Notes under the pieces: model-generated | The model's database searches: none | The model's input: only the letters and a program-made list of their open reading frames with translations | Told to the model about the DNA's origin: nothing | Source: Ginkgo biloba | Lineage: Eukaryota; Plantae; Ginkgophyta | Direction of reading: 5' to 3' | Assembly: GCA_024626585.2 (NCBI GenBank) | Contig: JANKJI020000002.1 | Span: 269,374,090 to 269,403,624, forward strand | Length of the DNA: 29,535 nucleotides | Translations under genes and position numbers: made by a program | Part shown: piece after piece, positions 14,180-27,057 of the stretch | How the letters are laid out: the number at the start of each line of letters is the position of its first letter | How positions within the stretch are numbered: position 1 is the stretch's first letter

Positions 14180-14394
14180 TAGTAATTAGTAATTAGTAAT
14201 TAGTAGTTAGTATTTAGTAGTTAATAATTAGTAATTAGTAGTTAGTAATTAGTGATTAGTAATTAGTAGTTAGTAATTAGTAATTAGTAATTAGTAGTTA
14301 GTAGTTAGTAGTTAGTAATTAGTGTTTATTGATTATTAATTAGTAGTTATTGATTATTAATTAGTAGTTATTGGTTATTAATTAGTAGTTATTG
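14180..14394 (+). repeat. (TAGTAAT/TAGTAGT)n heptamer array grading into a 21-bp unit GTTATTGATTATTAATTAGTA
   Basis: Heptamers at 14180-14323 and about three 21-mers at 14324-14394. Flanked by N gaps, so the true array is probably longer. Confidence 0.93.
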
Positions 14395-14774
14395 NNNNNN
14401 NNNNNNNNNNNNNNNNNNNNNNNNNNNNNNNNNNNNNNNNNNNNNNNNNNNNNNNNNNNNNNNNNNNNNNNNNNNNNNNNNNNNNNNNNNNNNNTTAACA
14501 ACATCAAAGTCGTAAACACCACATTAGTGATTAAATTAGTCAAGCTTGTGAATAATACAATTTTTTGAACTTTGTCAGGATGCATAGGCTCCTAATATTA
14601 TGTATAAGACTGGAGAACAATGTGGAATATCATTAGGTAAGAACTATTATGCAAGTGCGTAACAGTGGAAACCCACAATTATACAAACATGTAATAGTAG
14701 AAAATCACTATTACATGACCTGTTATACAATATATTCTAAGTGTAATATATTATTATAGTATTTTTATATTGTA

Positions 14775-14849
14775 TATCTATCTATCTATCTATAAATATA
14801 TATATATATATAGGAATTTACGTCCATCCATCCATCCATCCATCTATCT
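14775..14849 (+). repeat. (TATC)n, (TA)n and (TCCA)n microsatellite cluster
   Basis: Directly visible. Confidence 0.88.
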
Positions 14850-15860
14850 GCAAACTATATTTAATAAAATTTTAAATTCTATTCTCCCTTAATGACAATA
14901 TCAAATTAATCAAAATATTATTTAAATAAAATATCTATGTGATTTATTGAATGTATCGGCTTCAATTATTCTCCCAAAAAATATTATATATAATACATAT
15001 GCACTATGAAATAGATATCAATTTGTTCTTATTTTTAATACGAGGCACAAATATGCCCCTCTCCATAATCAAAATCAAAGCTAAGCCTATCCGATTGGCT
15101 TTTAGGTATGTTATTATTACAGGTGGGAATGATTATAAGCGAGTGTCTTCGGTTGTACTAACCGTTTATTATTTTGATAAGATACACATAGATATGAATA
15201 TTACATGAAAGTTATCCATTACAAAAGGCACTTAAACCACTATTATGATCATCGCAATCTAGCACAACCTTGATATTTGGAGAGAAGAAAAAAGTGAGTT
15301 TAATCGTGAAATATTTGGAAGGGAAAGAGATGTCAGACAAAATTATTTGATTTCTTAATTACCTTTTAACATGGGGTTGAGGATTTGCATTGTATAAACT
15401 TTGCATTACAAAAGCAAGACTGGCAATGGCTATGATTCGACAATATTTTAGATTTCAATTATCTCTGACCTATGTTCATTTGCCAATCGTAGTCATGATG
15501 TTGGAGAGCGTAAATCATTCTACATCGCCTATGAGTGTAGGCCATACTAGCTACTTTGAGCCGAAGAATAATGGAATATACTCGTAGTTCAATTAGAGTG
15601 GAAATGTGATTGGCCATATTAGCTACTTCAAACCAAAGAAGAACCTAGTTTTAGTAATCCTCTTCCATTTTTATCTCTTAACTATGTAATATTATCAGGT
15701 TGTGTGAGTAACAATGTAGTCCTCCAATTGACTATAATAGTGTTCAAGTTTGCATGTAATNNNNNNNNNNNNNNNNNNNNNNNNNNNNNNNNNNNNNNNN
15801 NNNNNNNNNNNNNNNNNNNNNNNNNNNNNNNNNNNNNNNNNNNNNNNNNNNNNNNNNNNN

Positions 15861-16021
15861 GTGGCTTATTTTATTAATTGTGGTAAAAGAATTATATAAG
15901 AGGCGTTGTTATGCGTGATTATTACTTGATTGACCCTATTCTACCCAAATGTTATTTCAAGAGTCACAGACGATCTCTTGTTATATAATTTTGATATAAG
16001 AGGCCCCCAATCTATGTTACA
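15861..16021 (+). repeat. LTR 3'-end-like dispersed repeat, copy 2
   Basis: Same orientation as 8061-8219; ends TGTTACA. A TGTAAT at 15755, just before the gap, may be its start. Confidence 0.65.
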
Positions 16022-16089
16022 TCTTCTCTTTCGGTACATGCATATATGTTATGTAACCAAAAATGCTCAAATGTGTTATAGTTATCTTA

Positions 16090-17040
16090 ATGCATGTCCA
16101 CGCTTCTTCAAGAGTCTTGTTCCATACTACCTTCATTTAACTCCTATTAAGCAAGTATTCAATTGCCCTGATTTCTTCTCCCAAAAAATCTATAGATAAT
16201 TTTTTTGCCTTCATCATCGCTTTGGCCTTTTCCTATAGTGTTTTGTTCATCCACTCAACCACTCCATTCTACTAAGGTGTATGTGGTGTTGAGCATTATC
16301 ATTTTATTCCAATCCTTTTGTAGAATTGATTGAATTCCTTAGAGTTATACTCTCCCCCATTGTCTAATCTAAGGACCTTGATCTTAAACCTTGACTCATT
16401 CTTAACTTCCTATTTTAACTCCTTAAAAGCTTCAAATGTCTTCAATTTATCCTTGAGAAGATGAATTCAGACTTTCCTAGTGAAATCATCAATTAAAGTC
16501 ACAAAGTAGTTTGCACCTCCTAGAGATGTAGTCTGCATTGGACCACAAAGGTAAGAATGCACCAGTGCCAATTTTTGTTTAGCTCTCCAAACCTTTCCCT
16601 TCTCAAATATTTCCCTATGTTATTTACGCATCAAGCATGCTTCATACAAAAATTTTTCTTTATCAATTACAAGTAAACCTCTAACCATGTTCATTTTACA
16701 CATCAATTTGAGTGGCCCATTCTCTCATGCCACAACTATTCCTTCATAGAAACATTTGAGTACAATGCTTTCATATGAGTGGGTTTGGCCTTTAATTTGC
16801 AAAGACCCCCACTTTCACTTCCTACAACTATTACATTATGATTTTTATTAGAAATGATACATTTCTCATTTTGAAACTTGATATGCATGTTTTGTAATCT
16901 GGCTTACTGATATGAGTTTCTTCTATAGTCCTGGTACATACCACTGATATAAGTCCTCTCTCCATTTGGAATCACCATTAGTACCTCACTTGCACCTTCC
17001 ACCTGTAATTTTGTGTTATCAGCCAACTTCACACTGTCTC
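16090..17040 (-). mobile_element. Degenerate Ty1/Copia pol: GAG-pre-integrase plus integrase core (rve)
   Basis: Manual translation: WYVPGL*KKLISVSQI; LWHERMGH; LVHSYLCGPMQTTSLGGANYFVTLIDDFTRKV*; IKVLRLDNGGEY; TPHTP**NGVVEWMNKTL; YLLNRS...KTLEEAW. Confidence 0.93.
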
Positions 17041-18375
17041 NNNNNNNNNNNNNNNNNNNNNNNNNNNNNNNNNNNNNNNNNNNNNNNNNNNNNNNNNNNN
17101 NNNNNNNNNNNNNNNNNNNNNNNNNNNNNNNNNNNNNNNNAGAGAAAACCCGTAGGTAAAAAACTCTCCATGTATCCCCTCGGTCTTGGCCCTCTTATGA
17201 GCCATATCCTCTCGGTAAAGGTACTAGCCTCCCTCATGAGGATCGATGGCACATCAACCATCATTCTGAATAGGTGATGAATTCAGGTTAAAGTTCCAGC
17301 CATTATTTTGAATGACAGAGTTAACCACAAGGACAAATGGCACTTCTTGAATACTAGGATGTGGTTGTAGAGGTGGAGGGGGTAAATGAGTATCAACTGA
17401 TTTCCTATGAGTATGAATTAGACCAAGGTAAAGATGACCAATCTGATAAAACCTATGAAATTCATCAGAATATGCATCGAAGTGAATAGAGAATCTGATT
17501 CTCTTCCTTCCTCCCTATTCCCAAAAAATATGAGGTTGATGGCCTTGTCTTCCTGCACCTCTTCTTGAACCTCTCGAGAAGAAGCTCATATGCCAAGTAC
17601 CATTTCAATCTGATGCATTAGACGTTAATATTCTAATCATAATTCTACCTATCAACATCCCAATTCACTTTACAATTATTATAATTTAGCTAAATCAAAA
17701 CATACATAGTCCATCACTTAGTTCAAGGTAAGGACATATGTGTGACAAATACAAGGACAAGTGTGAAGATATGGGGACTACATGATAGGGCATGAGAAAA
17801 CTGTAAAACCAATAATGAGATGATGAACATAATTCTCTGCATGTGGAACAGGGCCTGGAAGATAGCCCGAAATAACCAATTTCATGCACATATGAAACAA
17901 ATATATCACAGTGAGTTCGTGGAGTCGAGCAAATGAAATTAGCAATCAAACCCATAGGCATAATATTCACTTTACATATCCCTGTAAGATATTTGGGCTT
18001 TCAGGGTTCGCTTGTCACATATTTTACAGTCATCAACCGAAGTAACAAAATTCTTTTACAAAGACAGGTATGTATAATGAACAAATGGTGAATCACGATG
18101 TTTTGCAGAGCAGAAAGAGCATTTTTTATTTTCAGAGTAAGTGCATCGTTCGTGATCATGTAATCATATTAACCGCAGCAATGTCAAGCCCAACTTTATG
18201 ACAAACTCAAATGATAGCAGTTTCTTTCTCTTTATTCATGGTCACAAAAAATATTGCAGGGGGTAAGTACTGGTGGACAGACACGACAAACCAAACCAAA
18301 GTAATTCGCTATGTAAGTTTTAGATTCAACTAAAATTATGCAATTAACCCTGTGGAATGCGTATAGTGCTCATAC

Positions 18376-18560
18376 CGTGTATCTCCACAATAACCTGCCG
18401 CAAGGAGGATTCCTTTTCCCAAACGACCAGGGCAACGGAATCGTGCCAGCAGGCGACCCCTTCTTGCCTCTTCTATTTCCTTATTTGCCAAATGCCAATG
18501 AGATTTCAGAGCTGAAAACCGACCATCATAGGGACAATAGCGAGCAAAGAACAAGAAGAC
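18376..18560 (-). CDS. Candidate coding exon of an unidentified gene or gene fragment
   Basis: GC-richer island bounded by TTTCAG| and |GTATGA. Only one minus frame is open across it: VFLFFARYCPYDGRFSALKSHWHLANKEIEEARRGRLLARFRCPGRLGKGILLAAGYCGDT. No family recognised. Confidence 0.3.
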
Positions 18561-19214
18561 CTGAAACTTCGGGAGAAAACCCTCTCACCATACATTTTTA
18601 CCTTGCCAAGACTCGCGTAATCCCCAACACTGTGTCAATGCCGGCATGAATCAATGTACCAGAGCATAAAACCAGGCGGTTCTTTGGGAACCGTTGATCA
18701 CTAAACCCTGTTAAACCTGAACCATCGATCATGAATTGCACCATAAACAATTTAAATCACAATAAATCCACCACCCTCCACTTACCATATTTCACGTGAA
18801 GGATCACCAATCACATTAAATACTGCACCTTCGATGTGGCAAATTGGCCGGATGTATTACATCGCCAATTAACTAGGTATCAATTCTTCCATAGGCGCAT
18901 TGCAATAGTCACATATAAACCATATAGAATATCAAATATCATATGTGCCATCGACCCTAATATATATATATGCCATTACTAAGGTTGCAAACCAAATACT
19001 ACATGATATATCTCGAATAATAAACCGAGATTTTAACCCCTTACACCAACCTTTAAACATATATAAACTCACAACCTTGCAACTCATATATACAATGAAG
19101 GTTGACCTTCATTGATCACTTAATCTTGTCAATTTGCCATCACATACACACAGAGCCTTGACATGACTGCAACATAGAATGCATCCCAATTACTTCTAAT
19201 GTATAGTGAATATG

Positions 19215-19760
19215 CATACGTAACCAAAATTTCCTGAGTAGGGTCCTCCTTTCCCTTTTGAGGTTATTTAGCCAAAGCTGGGCAATTGGAGACTTCTCGT
19301 TCATAATTTTATAGTTTTCATATAAAAAAAGAATTATATAGGGCCATAAATGGGCATCAACAATAGTCACGTTGGCTTATGACCCTATGGGAGAGTACTT
19401 TGAGTATGGTGCAATGCCCTCATGGTATAAGACCTTTGACCATGGTTTAATGTCATCAAGCCCCTTCTAATCTTTATAATCACATCATTTTGGACTCTCA
19501 CACTAGTACATCACATGGAAGAATGCATTTTGGCATATGCTTAAGGTGTTTCTATTTTTTTTCATTTGCACTTCTTTAGCTTATTAAGGAGGCTATGGAA
19601 GGATACTTATTTGTCCGCCATTAGGGTTTGGCTACCCCAACAACCTTGGGACTTTTGCACCACTTTCTTTAGTGTGTCTCATTTTTTATGGGCACCTGGA
19701 GAGAAGTGCACCTGTCAACAAGATTTGATTCTATTGGATATCAACAATCTTCTACCACCT
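19215..19760 (+). mobile_element. Highly degenerate Ty3/Gypsy RNase H end / integrase zinc-binding region
   Basis: NQNFLSR (cf. NxxADxLSR), HFGLSH*YITWKNAFWHMLK (cf. HxGxxKT...YFWPxM), and PQQPWDFCTTF (cf. PxxPWxxxxxDF), in order across frameshifts. Confidence 0.55.
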
Positions 19761-21954
19761 TGTCTCTCTCATATATTATTATATCGAACAAATCCTTTTG
19801 GTTTTATTCCACTATTTCCATTTGCTTTCCATTTATGGAGTTTTTATTTATACTAATTTATCTCATGCAATAACACCGTAGGTGTTTACATAGTAGATAT
19901 CATGTTGGCTTTGCTTATTTTGTGGATGTGATTTACATTGCTTGTATATTGTAAAGCANNNNNNNNNNNNNNNNNNNNNNNNNNNNNNNNNNNNNNNNNN
20001 NNNNNNNNNNNNNNNNNNNNNNNNNNNNNNNNNNNNNNNNNNNNNNNNNNNNNNNNNNNNNNNNNNNNNNNNNNNNNNNNNNNNNNNNNNNNNNNNNNNN
20101 NNNNNNNNNNNNNNNNNNNNNNNNNNNNNNNNNNNNNNNNNNNNNNNNNNNNNNNNNNNNNNNNNNNNNNNNNNNNNNNNNNNNNNNNNNNNNNNNNNNN
20201 NNNNNNNNNNNNNNNNNNNNNNNNNNNNNNNNNNNNNNNNNNNNNNNNNNNNNNNNNNNNNNNNNNNNNNNNNNNNNNNNNNNNNNNNNNNNNNNNACCT
20301 TTGCACGGCAACTTTCCCTTAAAATAGGCCATGCCTTTCCCTCACATGCAATGCATTCTTTGTGAATGCCTAGATCATTTTCCTATGTTGCACCCTTTTC
20401 CTTTATGAAACACTTTTCCCTCATTTGTGCTACATCTCTCTCCCTTTTCTACCCAATTTTTTTTTTAATGTAGTGAAAGCAATAGTTGTGCATTTGCAAA
20501 GCTTTTGGCCAATCCTCTCCACAACCAATGATCCTAGGCAAGGCCTCACGTATGCTTTTCTAGGCATCTTAAGGCCTCACTCACTATAAATGATCAAGAA
20601 GAAGCTTTTCTAAAGCTTGACCATAGCTTCTCCAATTAGTGACAGATAGGATTGAGAATTTCTAGTGGATATGAACACACAGCGCAACATGTGATTTTCT
20701 CTTAGGTTCACAACCAACTTTGGATCATCTTTTCTTTCCTAGTATTCCAATGACATAAGGCTTTACTTTTCCCATGAATCCCAAAGATTCCTTCTTGGAC
20801 CAAACTTTCTACATGGCCTTCATAAATCCATTGGATGTACCTCAAACACCTTCTTCAAGACTAGTTGAGAATACCACAACCCCTCAATCTTTGACCTAAA
20901 ATCAAACTTTAGGAGCATCTTCATCTAATTCAAAGCCTTTGGCATCAAGTATCACCAACCAAGCCTCACAATCTTGTGGATCATTTAGTCCCATGTGGCT
21001 ACACATAAGACATCCACACCACCTACATCCCAAGTGATAGCTTTCTCACAATCAAATCCTCGTGTAAGGTTCCCCCAACCATACACTACTTCCCAAGTGT
21101 CGCTAAATTAATCCCAAGGGTTCTCACCAAACATGAAACCTCAAAGTTCTCACATAATATCTTCAATCTCCACATCACAAGTCCTTTCACAAAGGCCTTC
21201 AAATCCTTCCACAGGATCTCTTAATGTTTCCTCCATTTTCCGCTCCAATCTTGAAGTAGTGCCAAGTTCATCTCAAGCTTCCATTCCAAATCCTTTTAGG
21301 ATCTTGGCCTATGAAACAATCAAAGCTCATTAAGGGGGCAATTGCTAATATTTTATCTCAATTAGCCCAACTTCAGGTTAACATGCCATCATCACTTCCT
21401 TTCAATCCATCATGGCAACCACATGAATACCCACTAAGCATTTCAAATTCTAAACACTCTCACCATGTAAGCATCAATTATTCTCATAAGATCCATCACT
21501 TATTTATGTCATAATGTATTCCATGCATACATTACATTAGCAATGCCATATACATTTATATCTTGCAAAAAAAAATAGCATAGAAGTCTTCTCAAATTCA
21601 AGAAAGATTGAATTGTAGATACCAGTCAAAACCGCCCAATTCTAGTTTTAAATAGGGTGTAAATTTGTTGAAAAACTTTATACATTTGATGTTTGCCATC
21701 CCTTGGAATTGTTTGTGGTGCAATTGTCTATCCCACTTTTTTTTAAGGCGTAAGACGTGGAAGATGTCAAAGATCTTGCCTTTTGTTAGGTAGATCTAAC
21801 ACATATGCCATGTCATCAACCCTTCTTATCTCATAAGGCCCATAAAAAAAGGGGCATGGGCTTTTGTTTCCCTTTGGCTTTGAGCAACAATTGTTTGTAA
21901 GATTGTAGGTGTACACATACCATGTTTCTAATAAAAAACACCCGTTATGTATGA

Positions 21955-22692
21955 TGTTGATCTAACCATTGCTTCACCCATTCCTTATACTTGATATTGA
22001 TTCTGTATGGCCTTTTCTTTATTGGTCTCACCTCTGGTTTGAGTAGGATCTTCATTACTCCTAGTTCTTTGATAATCCCCTTCATGCCTTTGAAATCCTT
22101 TACAAAGACATCTTGAAATTTATGAAGCAATGTAAAGATTTTTGCAAGTTGAGAAGAATCCCAATAATCTCCAATGTTTGCTACTTTGTCATTACTAATA
22201 TTTACTTGCTTGATTTTGATCTCTTTATCGAAGTATGGTTGTTCTAACTTTTTCGGTTCCTCCTCTAATTGCCTATCTTTCTAGATTTCCTTTAGGAAGT
22301 TTTGGAAAATCATTAGTCCTTCCTTCGACAAAGTAGCTAGTTTTTCTCCTTTCCCTAGTACAGTTTGTACTAAGTCTCCTCCTAGGCATAAGGAAAATAT
22401 TTTACCTTCAAATTCCTCATGTTCAATTTTTGTCCTAACCCAATGTGCAACTTGATACTCTTATATTTATACCTTGATTATTAAAAGTTCCTTTTTATCA
22501 TTCATCAGTATCCTTACTTCATCGATTCTTATTTCTTCTTTCATGTTGGTCATCTTTTGTTGTATGCATAATTGAGCAAGTTGTACTTTTGATTCTTCAC
22601 TTGTTAGTCGAAAATCTTTGATGAATTTTTCTTCCATCATCTGTCAATACTTGGTATTGCCATTTGCTTCCTCCACTTGGTATCAAGTATAC
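21955..22692 (-). mobile_element. Degenerate Ty3/Gypsy pol, protease-RT spacer and RT N-terminus
   Basis: KVANIGDYWDSSQLAKIFTLLHKFQDVFVKDFKGMKGIIKELGVMKILLKPEVRPIKKRPYRINIKYKEWVKQWLD; truncated at ~21955. Confidence 0.85.
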
Positions 22693-25600
22693 NNNNNNNN
22701 NNNNNNNNNNNNNNNNNNNNNNNNNNNNNNNNNNNNNNNNNNNNNNNNNNNNNNNNNNNNNNNNNNNNNNNNNNNNNNNNNNNNNNNNNNNNNNNNNNNN
22801 NNNNNNNNNNNNNNNNNNNNNNNNATGAATTTCGCGGTCACTAGATCCTAGATGTACTAGTCATACTTTTTTAACCCATGTTGGTTTGATCAGTATTAAT
22901 GTTGCAAGGGATGTGTCTTCATATGTTCTTGGTTGCAATAATCTAACACCACTTGTAACAACTCTTGATAGGAAATTACTAGTGAATAACAAATAAACTC
23001 AATAACCAAGCACAAAAGAAAGGAAAAATACCTAAGATAATGCTAAATAGATCAAAGAACTAATCTTGCCAGTCAAACTAGTCAAGTTAGATCAAGATCG
23101 CAAAATAAGCCCAAGTTACATGTCCAAGATGTGTGGAAACACTTGCTTGCTAAGTAATTTCTTTCTTACATGAATACTACTTTAAAGAAACAAATTCAAC
23201 TAATGGTCAAAATAAAGTAAAGCAAGGCCTATTTAAAGTGACTTGCAATACATTACGCTAACATTGTCTGAGACTGCAAAATTTGGCCCAATTGGCACTT
23301 GTTATCTTAGGAATTGGTGCCCTCCATCCAACTAACCCACATAGGCCAAAAGAGTTCTTTTGGGGCTTCTTAGCCTATGATAAGCATCTTTATTGGAAAT
23401 TTATTTTCTCTAGATCAATGTTAGGATTTGAGTTCACAACATATGTTTACAACTCGGGTCAAAGACCAAACCAATATTTGGCTCCATCTAATGAGATAGT
23501 CACAACTTGGCTATAACATGGCCACTATAATGACCTACAACCACCTTTTTACAGATTGCTACTTTTATCAGCGTCAACACATCATTCCAAGTTCTACATG
23601 CCTTCAATCGTGGCAACTCTTGTAACCAACATATGTTTACAACCAATCTTAGACTACTAGCTCATTGACAATAGTAACATAATCCTAGCACGGTCATTCC
23701 TGCTTGAAGTTTGCTCAACACAATCACTCATGTAATAAATATTAAGGTATGGCATGCCTTTCTTTTTGCAAATAAACCCTTTGAGACATGACCAACACTT
23801 GGCATCATAAGTATGAGAATTGGATATGTGTCACTCACCCCAAACAAATGTATAGTAGGTAGGATATTAGTGTAGGGGCTTTCTTTTGCAAGTCATGCCA
23901 TTGTCCTCTTCCCTCTTCTCTCATCATCAACACTGAACATCCATTCTATATCAAGTCCTAACATACATTTGGGGACATCACTCTAAGCCCAATCCAACAT
24001 TTAAGCAAGCAGACTTGCAGAGCACACTTATTCAATTGTTTTTGCCAATATAGTCCCAAGACTCAAATTAGAAATTGGGCTTAAGGACTAAAGCATTTGG
24101 CGATATGTTTCCCTCCTATCCTCATCCTTCAGGGCGAATTCTATTATTACTCAAATTTCCACCTAGCAATTTTGAGGCACCAACATCCATCTGCATTACC
24201 TTAGCATGGTCAATTTATCAAACCCAAGGTCAACCATAGTGCAACCTCCCATTTAGACCAAGCTAAATCATGTTGCGCTCATTCCCATCCTAAAATATTT
24301 AGGTGCCTAGTATCATCACCTTCCACAACTAAAGCCATGGCACCTCCGCCCAGATCTAAATCAATTAAATCCATAGTTCACTTATTTAATACTAAGCAAT
24401 CAAAGGGAGGTGAGAAGAAGTTCACTAAGTAATCCCCCAAATCATTCGAGCTAAATTGAGTCTAATTTGGAGGATCCAAAGGTCCATCTCCTTCTACCAA
24501 AGAAGGCTTATTCCTTCACAAACCATAGCCAAGATTTGTATAGTGAAGCTCTATTGTATTTTTGTATTTAACTTTGAAAGGAGATATTCAATCACTTGGA
24601 TAATACTATCATGAGCACAGTTACAGTTAACGAGCATATGGGCAATGATAGGTGATCAAGAAATGTCTAAATGCCACTGTCTCTGCAAGACATAGAAGGG
24701 AGTCAAATGGGTAATTTAACTTATATTGCAAGCAGCAAATTGGTACTGCATCACAATCATCTTTACATTTAAATCTCCCTTTTGGGATTCTAATACAACT
24801 ATAATCAAACAATTGGAGGCTATCTTCAGACTTCTAGCAGCCAGAAGTTCTCTTTGAGAGACTTAGGAGACAAAATGACCACTCTGAGCATTTGTCAAGG
24901 GCCTAGAGCACTATAATAAAGTGTCATCACCCCTGTTGTAATTGCTCCTCAATGCATTAAATCCTAGCATTTATTGGCTTAGACATTAAAAAACACACTT
25001 AAAAAAAGGCCTTGAGGCATTATAACATACGTGTTAGTTTCACCATTCGTCAAGCAGGATACGTAACTGGAGGCTATCTAAAACACATTTCTACGTGTTC
25101 TCATTTAAAGGCAATAATGGCACTACATCAGAAAATAGATGTACTTTTCATTTATGCCTGTTGCTTACACAGTTAAATGGACACGTGAACTATCAAATGA
25201 CATTGCTATATTCCATTATCATCAAATCTACAACAAGACGTACAACGTGTAGAAAAAATCAACTTCAAGTGCCCTTCTCCAAATAAGAGGAAATACGACC
25301 AACTCTCCCATCCCATCCACAGGTTAGGTTTTGATACCATTGCACTCCCTAGCTGAGAAAATGGAAACAATTGAGCAAGAAGCATAAACCACCATCATAC
25401 CTGCTATCACCACTCAAGCTAACTCCCATTTAGGGTCTGATCATAACACAACAGAAGACGCAACTGGTGTGTCCAACATAAACAAATATCATAAGGTAAN
25501 NNNNNNNNNNNNNNNNNNNNNNNNNNNNNNNNNNNNNNNNNNNNNNNNNNNNNNNNNNNNNNNNNNNNNNNNNNNNNNNNNNNNNNNNNNNNNNNNNNNT

Positions 25601-27057
25601 CATTTTGGAACTATGACCACTGACAAGATAAAGTTGCGCAAGAATAGTATAGTACAATGATGTTAGATTAGCAAGACTAATTATATTCCAAGGCCTTCAT
25701 AAAAATAAGGGTATCTCAGGGATTCAATCTCTAGTACTGCCAAGGGGAAAAACCAGAGATTCAGTTGTTGTTGGAGTTAGATTCGACCAAGATTAAATGT
25801 CAAGGGTTCAAGCAACAGTGTCGACTATTACCATACATTGCTATATGGGATCAACTCAAGGAGGAGTATCACCAAAAAACGCATAAGATATTGTAGGAAG
25901 TACCCAATGAACCATTAATCAAATTGACAACCATTGTGGGTGAAGTATTATCAAAGAAAAAGTTTGTAGTATGGCAAACCTGCACCCATAACCAAAAATA
26001 GCAGCCCAAACTAATTCAGCACAGACCACGCAGATTCAGCAGAGGCTGAGTTTTCTGCAATTTCTCTGGTTGTTCTGCGGTTACATGGAGCAGGACAAAC
26101 CTCCCTAAGGCTGACAGAATTGTTCTTATTTTCTGTAGGCTACACCCTCCTGAAATTAGTTTTTGTCAGGGCAAAGATGCCTAACTCATTTCTGGGTTTT
26201 GGATGTTGAAGAGAAGCAAGGAGAAGATGCCAAAACTAGACCGAACTATCCACAAGCACAACAAATCCCTTCTGGGGTGAAAATTATATTAGGATGAAAT
26301 TGACAGGAGCAGAGCCAAGAAAAGGCATGGTGTGCATAAACTGATGATGTTTTTTTTCAGACACTAAAGGCAGCTATCATAATTGCCCTGTGATTGACCT
26401 ACAACAATTAGACTTTGGTTAACTGACCTTGGGTTGGTGCAGGTCAAGTGCACATTGCCAACCATTTTATCTGAAGTTTCCAACAATTTGTTGGCCTCTT
26501 TGGGGTTGCCTTTAAGACCCTCTATGAACTGTAATATATATCATAAGCAATCCAGCATACATGTCAAATCATTGTGGCCCTACCTTGACTCATCATCACA
26601 TCAAGTATCATCCCCTGGCAACTGTAACCATGGAAATATTCTTCAACAATGCCCTTGAAGTTTATGCATTCAATTTTCATTGCTTCTCATAACAAGTGCA
26701 ATGTAAGATAATTTTGGTAGAGTTTTGTTAAAACACTTGGCCTCCCCCTTGAACATATATCCTGCAATGTATAAAGGATTATACTTTCCTTCTTTTTTTT
26801 TGGGTGTAATTTTTTTTTTTTNNNNNNNNNNNNNNNNNNNNNNNNNNNNNNNNNNNNNNNNNNNNNNNNNNNNNNNNNNNNNNNNNNNNNNNNNNNNNNN
26901 NNNNNNNNNNNNNNNNNNNNNCAAAATTTTCCTACAAAAATTTGCTTTGTGATCTGCTAAACGCTTTTAACACATCCAAATCAATGTGCTGGAAGTCCTA
27001 GGAATTTTAAGCATGTAACAACAATCGTGAACATTGACAAGATGAAGCCTATCTTCT

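Noticed and set aside
14180-14323. Heptamer array as telomeric repeat or CRISPR
   Set aside because: The unit is TAGTAAT, not TTTAGGG, and there are no unique spacers or cas genes.
18254-18268. Plus-strand TTGCAG-GGG-GTAAGT micro-exon-like motif
   Set aside because: No pyrimidine tract or supporting plus-strand gene; likely chance.
18561-18601. 41-nt GT-AG intron
   Set aside because: Shorter than typical plant introns; not used in the model.
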